Below the pieces are notes generated by a model. It did not search any database, had not been told where the DNA came from, and saw only the letters and a program-made list of their open reading frames with translations. From Hyalangium minutum (GTDB lineage Bacteria > Myxococcota > Myxococcia > Myxococcales > Myxococcaceae), in NCBI RefSeq assembly GCF_000737315.1, contig NZ_JMCB01000008.1, forward strand, positions 20,001 to 268,000: a stretch of DNA of 248,000 nt. Direction: 5' to 3'. The position numbers were made by a program, and so were the translations under genes. Numbering within the stretch: position 1 is the first letter of the stretch; every line of letters starts with the position of its first letter. Positions 1 to 9,853 of this stretch are shown one piece after another.

Positions 1-519
1 CGCGAGAAGAAGGAGGGCCTGGGCCGCGCGTACCTCGCCGCCTTCCGCTGGGCGCTCGCCGAGGGCTACACGTACATCATCGAGATGGACGCGGACTTCA
101 GCCACGATCCGCGCTACCTGCCCGGCCTGCTGGATACAGCCGAGGCCGGTGCGGACCTGGTGCTGGGCTCGCGCTACGTCCATGGCGGCGGCACGGTGAA
201 CTGGGGCGTGGGGCGGAAGGTCATCAGCCGGGGAGGTTCGCTCTACGCACGCACCATCCTCGGGGTGGACGTGAGGGATCTGACGGGCGGCTTCAAGTGC
301 TTCAACCGCCGCGTCCTGGAGAGCATCGAGCTCGACCAGGTGAAGAGCACCGGCTACGCCTTCCAGATCGAGCTCACCTACCGCACGCTCAAGAAGGGCT
401 TCACCGTGCGCGAGCTGCCCATCGTCTTCGAGGATCGCCGCGTCGGGCAGTCGAAGATGAGCCGGAAGATCTTCCTCGAGGCGCTCACCATGGTGTGGAA
501 GCTCCGGCTGACGGTGTGA
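1..519 (+). CDS. Polyprenol-phosphate mannose synthase (GT2), 5'-truncated by window edge
   Basis: GLGRAY...EMDADFSHDP, DLTGGFK motifs; frame open from base 1. Confidence 0.85.
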   Translation, partial: REKKEGLGRAYLAAFRWALAEGYTYIIEMDADFSHDPRYLPGLLDTAEAGADLVLGSRYVHGGGTVNWGVGRKVISRGGSLYARTILGVDVRDLTGGFKCFNRRVLESIELDQVKSTGYAFQIELTYRTLKKGFTVRELPIVFEDRRVGQSKMSRKIFLEALTMVWKLRLTV

Positions 520-520
520 C

Positions 521-1150
521 GTGAGCGCCTACCTCACCCACTTCCTCGTCTCGCTGTCCGCGGTCTTCTTCGTGGTGGACCCCATCGGCGTGGTGCCCAT
601 CTTCCTGGCCATCACCGCGGGGGACTCGCAGACGAAGATGCGCCGCACGGCCCTGCGGGCCTGCATCGTGGCCGGGGGCCTGCTGTGCTTCTTCGCCGTG
701 TTCGGCGGCGTCATCTTCCAGGTGTTCGGCGTCTCGCTGGCCGCCTTCCGCGTGGCCGGCGGCATCCTGCTGCTCATCACCTCGCTGGACATGCTCCGCG
801 CCCGCCCTTCCGAGACGCGCACCACCCCCTCCGAGGAACAGGAGGGCGTCGCCAAGGAGGACGTGGCCCTGGTGCCGCTGGCCATGCCGCTGCTGGCCGG
901 GCCCGGCGCCATCGCCAGTGCCATGGTGCTGATGTCCAAGGGGGAGAGCCCGCTGATGGGCGTCCCAGTGCTCGCCGCCATCGTCCTCACGTTCGTGGCG
1001 GCCTACTTCATCCTCCGCGCTTCCCACCTGGTGCAGCGCGTGCTCAAGCAGTCCGGCGTCGCCATCCTCGAGCGCGTAATGGGGCTCATCCTCGCCGCCA
1101 TCGCCGTGCAGTTCATGGCCGACGGCGCCAAGGACCTGCTCGCGCGCTGA
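521..1150 (+). CDS. MarC family membrane protein
   Basis: VDPIG, AFRVAGGILL, PLAMPLLAGPG motifs. Confidence 0.9.
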   Translation: MSAYLTHFLVSLSAVFFVVDPIGVVPIFLAITAGDSQTKMRRTALRACIVAGGLLCFFAVFGGVIFQVFGVSLAAFRVAGGILLLITSLDMLRARPSETRTTPSEEQEGVAKEDVALVPLAMPLLAGPGAIASAMVLMSKGESPLMGVPVLAAIVLTFVAAYFILRASHLVQRVLKQSGVAILERVMGLILAAIAVQFMADGAKDLLAR

Positions 1151-1151
1151 G

Positions 1152-1604
1152 TCAGTCGGACGCGGACGCCCAGCCGCCCTCGGGGTTGCGGCGGACCACA
1201 CCCTGGGTCACCTCGCTCATCGACAGCCCCTCCGGACCGGACCGGCGCGCGTCGTACGCATAGCCGTTCGGCGTCTCCTGCAGGTAGACCACCAGCCCCT
1301 GCCGCCCGAGCTGCCGCACCACGCGGAACTGGGTGTCTCCGCACTCGGGCGAGTCGCCCACGAAGAAGCGCTCCAGAAGCCCCTCCTCGGGCTTGCGCAC
1401 GAAGACCGTCACCGGCACGGGCGGCTCCGTCCCATCGCCGGCGAACGCCGCCAGTTCCTGGGCCGGCAGCGGCTCGCTCAGGACCATCCGCACCAGCGCG
1501 CACTTCTCCTCCTCTTGATGGAGGCTCTGCGCAACCGGAACGGCGGAATGTGCGCAGCCCACAAGGGCAAGGCCGAGCGTGGTGGAGAGGGCAAGGCGAT
1601 TCAT
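1152..1604 (-). CDS. Hypothetical lipoprotein
   Basis: MNRLALSTTLGLALVGC lipobox; 3' part of a longer track ORF. Confidence 0.6.
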   Translation of the reverse strand: MNRLALSTTLGLALVGCAHSAVPVAQSLHQEEEKCALVRMVLSEPLPAQELAAFAGDGTEPPVPVTVFVRKPEEGLLERFFVGDSPECGDTQFRVVRQLGRQGLVVYLQETPNGYAYDARRSGPEGLSMSEVTQGVVRRNPEGGWASASD

Positions 1605-1627
1605 CCGTCGGTTCCTCCAAGAGGGTG

Positions 1628-2650
1628 TCACAGCGGTCTCCACTGCGGAGAGAAGGGAGCGTTGATCAGCGAGGGATCGTCCACGGAGATGATGTACTCG
1701 GCACGGCGGTTGGCCGACTCGGCGGTCTCGTCCGGCGTCGGCTTGTGGGGCGCCTGCTCGCCAAAGCCCTCGAAGTAGATGGGCAATCGCGCGCCGTGCG
1801 AGCGGAAGTACGCGGCGATGCTGCGCGCCCGCTGCAGGGACAGCTCGCGGTTGGCCTGCGTAGGGCCCACCGTGTCCGTGTGCCCCAGGATGTAGAGCCG
1901 GAGCGCCGCGAACTCCCCGTAGCGCTTCACCGCCTCCGCGATCTTCTGCACGCTCTTGTCGAGCTTCGAGCGCTCCGCCGCAGGAATCTCCGCGCTGCCC
2001 GAGGCGAAGATCACCTCCTCGTGCGGGATGTCCACCTGCCACGGGAAGAACTCCACGCTCTGGTAGAAGTCCGCCGTGTCGTAGGCCTTGAGGGAGATCT
2101 TCAGCACCTTGCCGGCCGGCTTGGGCCACGTGACTTCGAGCGGCGTGCCCGCAGGCTCGCCCTTGAACTTGATCTCGCCATCGAAGGCGTTCCAGCCGGA
2201 GTCCGACACCACCGTCAGCTTCGCCTTGCCCGCGGGCCGCGAGAGCTTGAAGCGCAGCTTGCGCTCCGCCAAGTCCAGGTCCTCCTTGGACACCGTGAGC
2301 GTCAGCGGCCCCAGCAGCTCCGTGTCGAAGGACAGCGGCATCTTCCCGGGCTGTGCGCCCTTGAAGCGCACCGTCAGCTCGCCCTCGTAGTGGAAGCGGC
2401 CCTCGGGCTGCTCCAGTTCCAGGGTGCGCGTCATTCCAGGCTTCCCGCCGTCCTTGAACTCGAACTCCTTGCCGTCCGAGCGCTTCAGCTTCACGTCGAA
2501 GCCGAGGATGGGCTCGAGAATCTCCACCTTCAGCGCTGGCAGGCCCTGGCCCAGCGGTACGCGCGAGTCGAGGGACACATGAATGGCATCCCCTGCCAAA
2601 GCAGGCGAGGAGGCAAGAGCAAGGCAGAGCAGGAGGACGCGAACGTTCAT
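1628..2650 (-). CDS. OmpA-family protein
   Basis: Signal peptide; C-terminal GHTD...NRELSLQRA...NRRAE peptidoglycan-binding motif. Confidence 0.85.
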   Translation of the reverse strand: MNVRVLLLCLALASSPALAGDAIHVSLDSRVPLGQGLPALKVEILEPILGFDVKLKRSDGKEFEFKDGGKPGMTRTLELEQPEGRFHYEGELTVRFKGAQPGKMPLSFDTELLGPLTLTVSKEDLDLAERKLRFKLSRPAGKAKLTVVSDSGWNAFDGEIKFKGEPAGTPLEVTWPKPAGKVLKISLKAYDTADFYQSVEFFPWQVDIPHEEVIFASGSAEIPAAERSKLDKSVQKIAEAVKRYGEFAALRLYILGHTDTVGPTQANRELSLQRARSIAAYFRSHGARLPIYFEGFGEQAPHKPTPDETAESANRRAEYIISVDDPSLINAPFSPQWRPL

Positions 2651-2796
2651 GGGAGCGGCAACCTCGGGCATGCCGGGCGGGGGGCAACAGGGCCCCCGCA
2701 AAAATGATTCCCCGAAGCCGACGGTAGGACGGCGCCTGAATTCAGGGAATGGGTCCCGAGAGGCGCTTGGCACGCCCGAAAGAGGACACGCCGCGC

Positions 2797-3600
2797 TCAG
2801 CTCACGCCTACCACCGTAATCCCTTGGGATTCCGCCGCTTTGAAGAGCTGAGGAGCGTCCAGCAGCACCGTCCTCCCGGCCTCCAGGGCTAGCACCGCGG
2901 CCCCCACCTCGCGCATGACCTCCAAGGTGCGAGGCCCGGCCGCCGGTAAATCGAAGCGCAGGTCCTGCCCCGGCTTGCAGCGCTTCACCACCACCGCGCC
3001 CTTGCCTCCCAGCTTGCCCCCTCGGCGGATGGTCTCGTCCGTGCCCTCCACGGCCTCCAGCGCAAGCACATGCCCGTTGCGCACCACCACCGTCTGCCCC
3101 ACATCCGCCTTCCCCAGAAGCCCCGCCACCTCTACCCCGAGCGCCACATCCTGCTCCTGCGCCGTGTGCAGCTTCGGGCCCGCCAGGTGTCCCACCGGGC
3201 AGAGCACCTCGGAGAGGTAGTCCGTGGGCGCGACGATCGTCACGCCGTGGGACTCGAAGTAGTCCGCGATGGCTCGCAGCAGCGTGTCGTCCCGGAAGCT
3301 GCGGATGCGCGAGATGATGCGCACCGCGCCCAGATCCGGCCGAGCCTCCGTGAGCGCCTTCACCCGGCCGATGCCACCCGCCATCGCCGCGCGGGCCACG
3401 CCCGCCTTCTGGAAGGTGCGGACGATCTTGTCCACCTGCCCCAGGCGGACCCACGTGAAGGAGGCCACCTGCGCCTCCAGCGCGGGATCCGTCTCGCCCC
3501 GGTGAGCCACCACCACCACCTCGAGCCCGCGAGTGCGCGCCTCGCGGGCGAAGAGGAAGGGCAGCTGTCCGTTTCCTGCGATGAGGCCGATGCGCTCCAC
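2797..3600 (-). CDS. lpxI: UDP-2,3-diacylglucosamine pyrophosphatase
   Basis: IGLIAGNGQLP, DVGQTVV, EAVEGTD, DLP; next to lpxA. Confidence 0.9.
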   Translation of the reverse strand: MERIGLIAGNGQLPFLFAREARTRGLEVVVVAHRGETDPALEAQVASFTWVRLGQVDKIVRTFQKAGVARAAMAGGIGRVKALTEARPDLGAVRIISRIRSFRDDTLLRAIADYFESHGVTIVAPTDYLSEVLCPVGHLAGPKLHTAQEQDVALGVEVAGLLGKADVGQTVVVRNGHVLALEAVEGTDETIRRGGKLGGKGAVVVKRCKPGQDLRFDLPAAGPRTLEVMREVGAAVLALEAGRTVLLDAPQLFKAAESQGITVVGVS

Positions 3601-3609
3601 CGGCTCAGC

Positions 3610-4386
3610 CTAGCGCGTCAGCCCGCGCTTGCTCTGGCTGATGAAATCGACCAGGTGGTCGATCTCCGGCTGGCCGCTGAACTCCGCCTTCAGCCGCGCC
3701 AGCGCTTCCGCCATCTGCAGCTTGGAGCGGAAGAGGATCTTGTACGCCTCTTTGATGCGGCCGATCTGCGCCTCGGTGAAGCCGTGACGCTCCAGGCCCA
3801 CCGTGTTCAGCCCCACCAACTCCGCCCGGTCTCCCTGGGCCATGCAGTACGGGGGCACATCCATCACCACCATGGCGCCGCCCGCCACGAAGGCGTGCTT
3901 GCCGATGCGCGTGAACTGGTGGACCGCCGTCAGCCCCGAGAAGATGACGTGATCCTCCACCATCACGTGCCCGCCGAGCGCCGCGCTGTTGGCCAGGATG
4001 CAGCCGTTGCCCACCACGCAGTCATGCGCCACGTGGCTGTTGGCCATGAAGAGGTTGCGGTTGCCAATGCGCGTGACGCCGCCACCTCCCGCCGTGCCAA
4101 TGTGCAGCGTGGTGAACTCGCGGATCTGATTCTCGTCGCCGATGATCAGCTCCGTGTCCTCGCCCCCGTACTTGAGATCCTGCGGCGCCGCACCGAGCGA
4201 GGAGAACTGGAACACGCGGTTGCGCGCGCCCAGCGTCGTCCGACCCTCGATGACGACGTGAGGACCCACGTGCGAGCCCGGACCGATCTTCACCTTCGGC
4301 CCAATCACTGAGTAGGGACCGATCTCCACCGTCTCGTGGATCTGGGCGTCCGGGTGGACAACCGCCGTGGGGTGAACCTGAGACAT
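3610..4386 (-). CDS. lpxA: UDP-GlcNAc acyltransferase
   Basis: Hexapeptide repeats, PQDLKY, SHVAHDC. Confidence 0.97.
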   Translation of the reverse strand: MSQVHPTAVVHPDAQIHETVEIGPYSVIGPKVKIGPGSHVGPHVVIEGRTTLGARNRVFQFSSLGAAPQDLKYGGEDTELIIGDENQIREFTTLHIGTAGGGGVTRIGNRNLFMANSHVAHDCVVGNGCILANSAALGGHVMVEDHVIFSGLTAVHQFTRIGKHAFVAGGAMVVMDVPPYCMAQGDRAELVGLNTVGLERHGFTEAQIGRIKEAYKILFRSKLQMAEALARLKAEFSGQPEIDHLVDFISQSKRGLTR

Positions 4387-4412
4387 GCCTTCTCTCCTTC
4401 CGTCCCCGCCGC

Positions 4413-4877
4413 TCAGGGCGCCGGTTCCTCGGCGGACTTGGCGTCCTTGTCCACCACAGTAGCGAGGAACTCACCCTCGGCGACCTTCACTCCGTCGACC
4501 GTGGCGGTGCCCTTCGTCTTCCAGATAACGCCCTTGTGGCGCAGCACTTCGATGCCCAGCTGGAGCCGGTCCCCGGGCAGCACGGGCTTGCGGAACTTCG
4601 CGTTGTCCACGCCCATCAGGTAGGTGACCTTGCTCTCCGGGTCCATGCTCTCGCTCTTGTAGGCGAGGATGGCCGAGGCCTGCGCCAGCGCCTCCAGGAT
4701 GAGCACGCCCGGCATCACCGGGTGCCCGGGGAAGTGGCCGTTGAAGAAGGGCTCGTTGATGGTGACGTTCTTGTAGGCCGTAAGCTTCTGCCCGGGGACG
4801 ATCTCCACCACGCGGTCCACCAACAAGAACGGGTAGCGGTGGGGCAGCAACCGCTGGATCTCTCCAATGTCCATCAT
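4413..4877 (-). CDS. fabZ: 3-hydroxyacyl-ACP dehydratase
   Basis: [23 protein letters not shown]. Confidence 0.97.
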   Translation of the reverse strand: MMDIGEIQRLLPHRYPFLLVDRVVEIVPGQKLTAYKNVTINEPFFNGHFPGHPVMPGVLILEALAQASAILAYKSESMDPESKVTYLMGVDNAKFRKPVLPGDRLQLGIEVLRHKGVIWKTKGTATVDGVKVAEGEFLATVVDKDAKSAEEPAP

Positions 4878-5938
4878 CCGCCCTTCTCCTTCTCGAGCAG
4901 CTCTACCCTGCGGCGCAGGGCTCGCACTTCCTTGAGCAGATCTCCCAGCTGGCCCAGCGCCGCCGAGTTCTTCAGCCAGTCCCGGTGCGGCACGGCTGGG
5001 CTGCCGGAGACCACCTGCCCATCCTCCACGTCATGCGCCACACCCGACTGGGCGCCCACCTTGGCCAGGTCACCCACGCGGATGTGGCCCACCACGCCCA
5101 CCTGCCCCGCCAGCACCACGCCGGTGCCCAGCTCGGCCGAGCCGGACACGCCCGCCTGCGCGCAGATGAGCGACAGCGGGCCCACCTTCACGTTGTGGGC
5201 GATCTGCACCAGATTGTCGATCTTCGTCCCGCGGCCGATCACCGTCTCGCCCAGCGTCGCCCGGTCGATGCAGGTGCACGCGCCCACTTCCACATCATCC
5301 TCGATGCGGACGATGCCTGTCTGCGGGATCTTGTAGTGCTCCGGCCCGTTCTCGCCCTCGGCGTTGAACGCAAAGCCGAAGCCGTCCGCCCCCACCACGC
5401 ACGAGGCGTGGAGGATGACGCGCGAGCCCACCTGGCAGCCCTCGCGCACGGCGACATTGGGATAGAGCAGGCAGTCCTCGCCTACCGTAGCTCCCTCGCC
5501 CACGTAGGCACCGGGGTAGAGGACGGAGCGAGCGCCCACGCTGGCAGCCTTCTCCACCGTGGCGCCCGCCATCACCGTGGCTTCGGGATGGACCCGAGCC
5601 TCCGGGTGAACGTGCGCCTGAGGGCTCACCCCGGGAGCGGGGCGCGGCGGCGCGTGAAACAGCGTCAGCAGCCGGGCGAAGGCCAGGTGCGGGTTGGGGA
5701 CCCGGATGAGCGCCACGCCCTGGCGGGCCGGCGCGTCGGAGCCCACCAGCACGGCGGAGGCCTTCGTCGCCTCGTACTGCTTCCGGTACTTCGTATTGCC
5801 GTAGAAGGACACGTCCCCAGAGCCCGCCTCGACGAGCCCATTGAGGCCATGGATCAGCAGGCTGGCGTCTCCCAGGAGCTCACCTGCCACATGGGTGGCG
5901 AGCTCTCCCAGCCTGCGCGGCGTAGACGTGCGGTTCAC
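4874..5938 (-). CDS. lpxD: UDP-3-O-acylglucosamine N-acyltransferase
   Basis: DGFGF, KIDNLVQIAHNV. Confidence 0.97.
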   Translation of the reverse strand: MNRTSTPRRLGELATHVAGELLGDASLLIHGLNGLVEAGSGDVSFYGNTKYRKQYEATKASAVLVGSDAPARQGVALIRVPNPHLAFARLLTLFHAPPRPAPGVSPQAHVHPEARVHPEATVMAGATVEKAASVGARSVLYPGAYVGEGATVGEDCLLYPNVAVREGCQVGSRVILHASCVVGADGFGFAFNAEGENGPEHYKIPQTGIVRIEDDVEVGACTCIDRATLGETVIGRGTKIDNLVQIAHNVKVGPLSLICAQAGVSGSAELGTGVVLAGQVGVVGHIRVGDLAKVGAQSGVAHDVEDGQVVSGSPAVPHRDWLKNSAALGQLGDLLKEVRALRRRVELLEKEKGG

Positions 5939-5950
5939 GGCGTCAGCGCT

Positions 5951-6541
5951 CTACTTCTTGGGGGCGTCCTTGGCTACCGGCGCGTCCTTCGGAGCGGCCG
6001 GAGCCTTGGGAGCCGCGGTCTTGGGCAGGGCGTTGTAGGCGCGGATGACCTCGTTAGACAGGTCGTACTGCGTCTGCGCGTACACCAGACCGGAGTCCCG
6101 CTTCTCGAAGATGAAGGAGAAGCCATCGCGCTCGGCGATCTTCGCGATGACGCCGTCGATCTTGTCGACGATGGGCTCCATCTCCTGGCGCTCGCGGCCG
6201 GCGGCCTCTGAGCGGTAGCGGTCCCACTTCTGGGCCAGCTCCATCACCTTCCTCTGCAGCTCGGCGCCCTTCTGCATGCGCGTGTCGTCGCTCATGGCGC
6301 TGGCCTGCTTGTCCAGGGTCTCCTTCTCCTTGCGGAGGGCCTCCTGCTCCCGGTCGATCTCCTTCTGCCGGTCCTCCAGCCACTTCTGGAGGCGAGTCTT
6401 GGCGGCCTTGCCGTCCTCCACCGCCAGGAGGACCTGCTGGTAGTCCACGTAGCCGAACTTCACGGACTGCGCGGAGGCAGCGACCGGGAGGGCAAACGAC
6501 AGAGCGGCGGTCAGGACCGCCAGGGTGCTTCGAAGCGACAT
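5951..6541 (-). CDS. skp: OmpH/Skp periplasmic chaperone
   Basis: Signal peptide, KFGYVD, coiled coil, bamA-lpxD context. Confidence 0.85.
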   Translation of the reverse strand: MSLRSTLAVLTAALSFALPVAASAQSVKFGYVDYQQVLLAVEDGKAAKTRLQKWLEDRQKEIDREQEALRKEKETLDKQASAMSDDTRMQKGAELQRKVMELAQKWDRYRSEAAGRERQEMEPIVDKIDGVIAKIAERDGFSFIFEKRDSGLVYAQTQYDLSNEVIRAYNALPKTAAPKAPAAPKDAPVAKDAPKK

Positions 6542-6651
6542 GTCAACGGCTCCTAAGGGGGTGTACTGGCTCCGACGTCCGTCCCCAGCGGTTCTTCAAC
6601 ACCCCCTGGGTAGGGGGGCCCGGAGCACCGGGGAGGACGCCTTATCAGAAA

Positions 6652-9129
6652 TCAGAAGAAGTTGCCGATGGTGAACTCGAAGAGGTAGGGCTCATCTTCC
6701 GGACGCTTGGTCAGGGGGAAGCCCCACTCGAAGCGCAGCGGGCCTACCGGGGAGAACCAGCGGAACCCGAAGCCCACGGAGTGGAAGAGGCCGAGCGGCA
6801 CCTTGTCCTGCCGGTCCTGGAAGAAGCGCTCGTTGCGCGCGAAGGCATTACCCGCGTCATAGAAGAGCACGCCGCGGATGCCGGCCTTCTCGAACACGGG
6901 GAACTCCAGCTCCAGGTTGAGGATGAGCTGCTTGTTGCCGCCCGTGCGGAACTCGGTGACGGTGGCGTCGGGCGACTCGGAGCGGGGCACCGTCAGCGTG
7001 GGGCTGATGCTGCGCAGGAAATAGCCGCGCACGGTGTTGATGCCGCCCAGGTAGTAGAGCTCGGAGATCGGCAGCGGGCTGTCCGACTCCAGTTGCTGGA
7101 TGTAGCCCACCGTGGCGTTCGTCTTGAAGACGAAGCCCAGCGGCATGGGGAAGTACAGGCGCGAGTACGCCGTGTAGCGCGTGTAGAGGAACGTGCCGCC
7201 CAGGAGCTTCGGGGCGAACTCCACCGAGCCGTAGTGGATGAAGCCGCGCGACGGGAACAGGCGGTTGTCGCGGCGATCGAACGAGAGCGACAGGCGCGCG
7301 GCGCTGGTGACACCGCTGAGGAACTGGTTGGCCAGCAGCACCGAGCCCAGCGCCTGGCCGGCCTCCACGTCCACGTACTCGCGGGTGTAGCCCACGGTGC
7401 CCAGCAGGTCGTCCACGAACTGGTAGCCCAGCGAGAGGCTGCCGCCCGTGGAGCGACGCACGAAGCCGTCATAGTCCGCGTCCACCCGGAAGAAGTCCGC
7501 GGACAGCAGGTACTGCGTGTCCAGGAAGTACGGATCGTAGAAGGACAGCTGGATGAGCGACTTGAGGCCGGAGATCTGCGCCGAGGCCGAGACGCTCTGC
7601 CCCCACCCCAGGAAGTTGTTCTGGGACACCTGCGCCGTGAAGATGAAGTTCTCCACGTTGGAGAAGCCCAGGCCCACCTGGAAGGTACCGGTGGCCTTCT
7701 CCTTCACCTCCACCTGGAGGACGATCCTGTCGTCCGCGCTGCCCGGCTTCTGGGTGATGTCCACCGTCTCGAAGAAGCCCAGCGCCGTGACGCGCTCCTT
7801 GCTGCGGCGCACACCCGTGCCGTTGTAGAGCTCGCCCTCGTAGACGCGCAGCTCGCGGCGGATGACCTTGTCGCGCGTCTTCGTGTTGCCGATGACGTCG
7901 ATGCGCTCGATCGTGACTTGCGGGCCCTTCTGGATGTCGAACGTCAGGTCCACCGTCTTCGTGTCCGCGTTCACCGCGGTGACGGGGTTGATGTTCGCGT
8001 AGGCATAGCCCTGGTCGTAGTAGACGTCCGTGATCGTCAGGATGTCCTGCGACAGCTTGGAGCGGTTGAAGCGCTCGCCCTTCGCGGACGTCATCTTCGC
8101 CGCCAGGCCCTCCTCGGCGACGATCAGGTCTCCTCCGAAGCCCAGCTTGCCGATGTCGTACGGCTCGCCCTCGGTCACCTTGAGGGTGATGTAGATGTAG
8201 CGCTTGTCCGCCGACAGCGAGATGACCGGCTTTTCGATGCGGACGTTGATGAAGCCGTAGTCGTAATAAGTGGCCTGGATGACGGCCAGGTCACGCTGGA
8301 AGGCCTCCTCGCGGTAGGTGCCCTCGCTGGTGAGGAAGGAGAAGTAGCCGCCCTCGCGGGTCACCATCACCGCCTTGAGCGTCTCCGGCGTCACCTGGTG
8401 CGCGCCAATGAAGGTGATCTCCTTCACCATCACCTTGGCGTGCTCGTTGATGACGATCACCACGTCGACGTTGGCGCCGCCCTCCACGGGGTCCAGCCGG
8501 TAGGAGACCTCCGCCAGGAAGTAGCCCTTCTCCACGTACTTCTCCTGGACCTTCTTCACCGTGGAGCGCACGGCGTCCATGTCCAGGATGGTGGCGGGCT
8601 TCACGTCGATCTGTTCCTTCAGATCGTCGTTGCTCAGCTCATCGTTGCCGCTCAGCTTCACGGAGCGAACAGCGGGGCGCTCCTGCACGCGCACCACGTA
8701 GGCGATGCCCTTGGGCAGGTGCTGCACCAGCAGCTGAACATCCGTGAAGTAGCCCAGGCCCCAGACGGCCCGGAGATCGTCGGCCGTGCGGAGCGGATCG
8801 TAGACAGAGCCCTCCTTCGTCACGAGGGCGCGGCGGATGGCCTCGGCCTCGACGCGGCGGTTGCCTTCGATGCGGACCTCGACGACGCGCTCGCTCAGCT
8901 CCTCGGCGGTCGTCGCGTCCTCGTCCACCGGAGCATCCGCGGGAGGCGTGGCGGTATTAGGGGCCTGGGTCTGCCGCGCAGGGGACGCCGGGGGCGCACC
9001 CGTCTCCGCCTGTGCGAGCGCACGGCCGGGTACGAGCGCCCACAGGGTCAGCGCGAACAGAGGCAGGAGCGTCTTCAGAGACAGAACGGGAGACCTCAAG
9101 GGACAGTCGGCCTGTAAAGGGCGGGGCAA
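6652..9129 (-). CDS. bamA: Outer membrane assembly factor
   Basis: POTRA repeats, VRGY, SPVGPLRFEWG, C-terminal F. Confidence 0.95.
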   Translation of the reverse strand: MPRPLQADCPLRSPVLSLKTLLPLFALTLWALVPGRALAQAETGAPPASPARQTQAPNTATPPADAPVDEDATTAEELSERVVEVRIEGNRRVEAEAIRRALVTKEGSVYDPLRTADDLRAVWGLGYFTDVQLLVQHLPKGIAYVVRVQERPAVRSVKLSGNDELSNDDLKEQIDVKPATILDMDAVRSTVKKVQEKYVEKGYFLAEVSYRLDPVEGGANVDVVIVINEHAKVMVKEITFIGAHQVTPETLKAVMVTREGGYFSFLTSEGTYREEAFQRDLAVIQATYYDYGFINVRIEKPVISLSADKRYIYITLKVTEGEPYDIGKLGFGGDLIVAEEGLAAKMTSAKGERFNRSKLSQDILTITDVYYDQGYAYANINPVTAVNADTKTVDLTFDIQKGPQVTIERIDVIGNTKTRDKVIRRELRVYEGELYNGTGVRRSKERVTALGFFETVDITQKPGSADDRIVLQVEVKEKATGTFQVGLGFSNVENFIFTAQVSQNNFLGWGQSVSASAQISGLKSLIQLSFYDPYFLDTQYLLSADFFRVDADYDGFVRRSTGGSLSLGYQFVDDLLGTVGYTREYVDVEAGQALGSVLLANQFLSGVTSAARLSLSFDRRDNRLFPSRGFIHYGSVEFAPKLLGGTFLYTRYTAYSRLYFPMPLGFVFKTNATVGYIQQLESDSPLPISELYYLGGINTVRGYFLRSISPTLTVPRSESPDATVTEFRTGGNKQLILNLELEFPVFEKAGIRGVLFYDAGNAFARNERFFQDRQDKVPLGLFHSVGFGFRWFSPVGPLRFEWGFPLTKRPEDEPYLFEFTIGNFF

Positions 9130-9175
9130 TCTAAGGGATAGGTTCGGCGTCCCTCAATCCAAAAGCGCGGAGGGT

Positions 9176-9850
9176 TCACGCGTCCGTCACCTGCCCGCCT
9201 GCAAGGCGCAGGCGCCGAGGCATGGACCGGGCCAGCGTCTCGTTGTGGGTGACGACCACCGCCGTGATGCCCAGGTCCCGGTTCACATCCCTCAAGAGCT
9301 GGTGGATGCCCTCGCCGGTGGCCGGGTCCAGGTTGCCGGTCGGCTCGTCGGCCAGCAAGACGGCAGGCTGGAGCACCAGGGCGCGGGCCAGGGCAACGCG
9401 CTGGGCCTCGCCGCCGGAGAGCTCGCCGGGCTTGTGGTCCACACGGGAGCCCAGCCCCACCCGCTCCAGCAGCTCGCGGGCCGTGGCGTACGTCTTGGCC
9501 CGGTCCGCCCGCTGCACGAGCGCCGGCATGGCCACGTTCTCCAGGGCGGTGAACTCCGGCAGCAGGTAGTGGCTCTGGAAGACGAAGCCGATGGTGCGGT
9601 TGCGGAACTCGGCGATCTCCGCGTCGCTCATGGCGAACACGGAGCGGCCCTCGAAGAACACCTCGCCAGCGGCCGGGGCGTCCAGGGTGCCCAGCACGTG
9701 GAGGAAGGTGCTCTTGCCTGCGCCGGAGGGCCCCACGAGGCTCACCAGCTCGCCGCGCTCGATGTCCAGCGAGACGGCGCGCAGCACGTCGATGCGCTTG
9801 CCGTGCAGGAAGTAGCTCTTGAAGACGTTGCGGATGGAGAGGAATGCCAT
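9176..9850 (-). CDS. lolD: Lipoprotein-release ABC ATPase
   Basis: GPSGAGKS, LSGGE, DEPTGNLD. Confidence 0.9.
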   Translation of the reverse strand: MAFLSIRNVFKSYFLHGKRIDVLRAVSLDIERGELVSLVGPSGAGKSTFLHVLGTLDAPAAGEVFFEGRSVFAMSDAEIAEFRNRTIGFVFQSHYLLPEFTALENVAMPALVQRADRAKTYATARELLERVGLGSRVDHKPGELSGGEAQRVALARALVLQPAVLLADEPTGNLDPATGEGIHQLLRDVNRDLGITAVVVTHNETLARSMPRRLRLAGGQVTDA

Positions 9851-9853
9851 GGC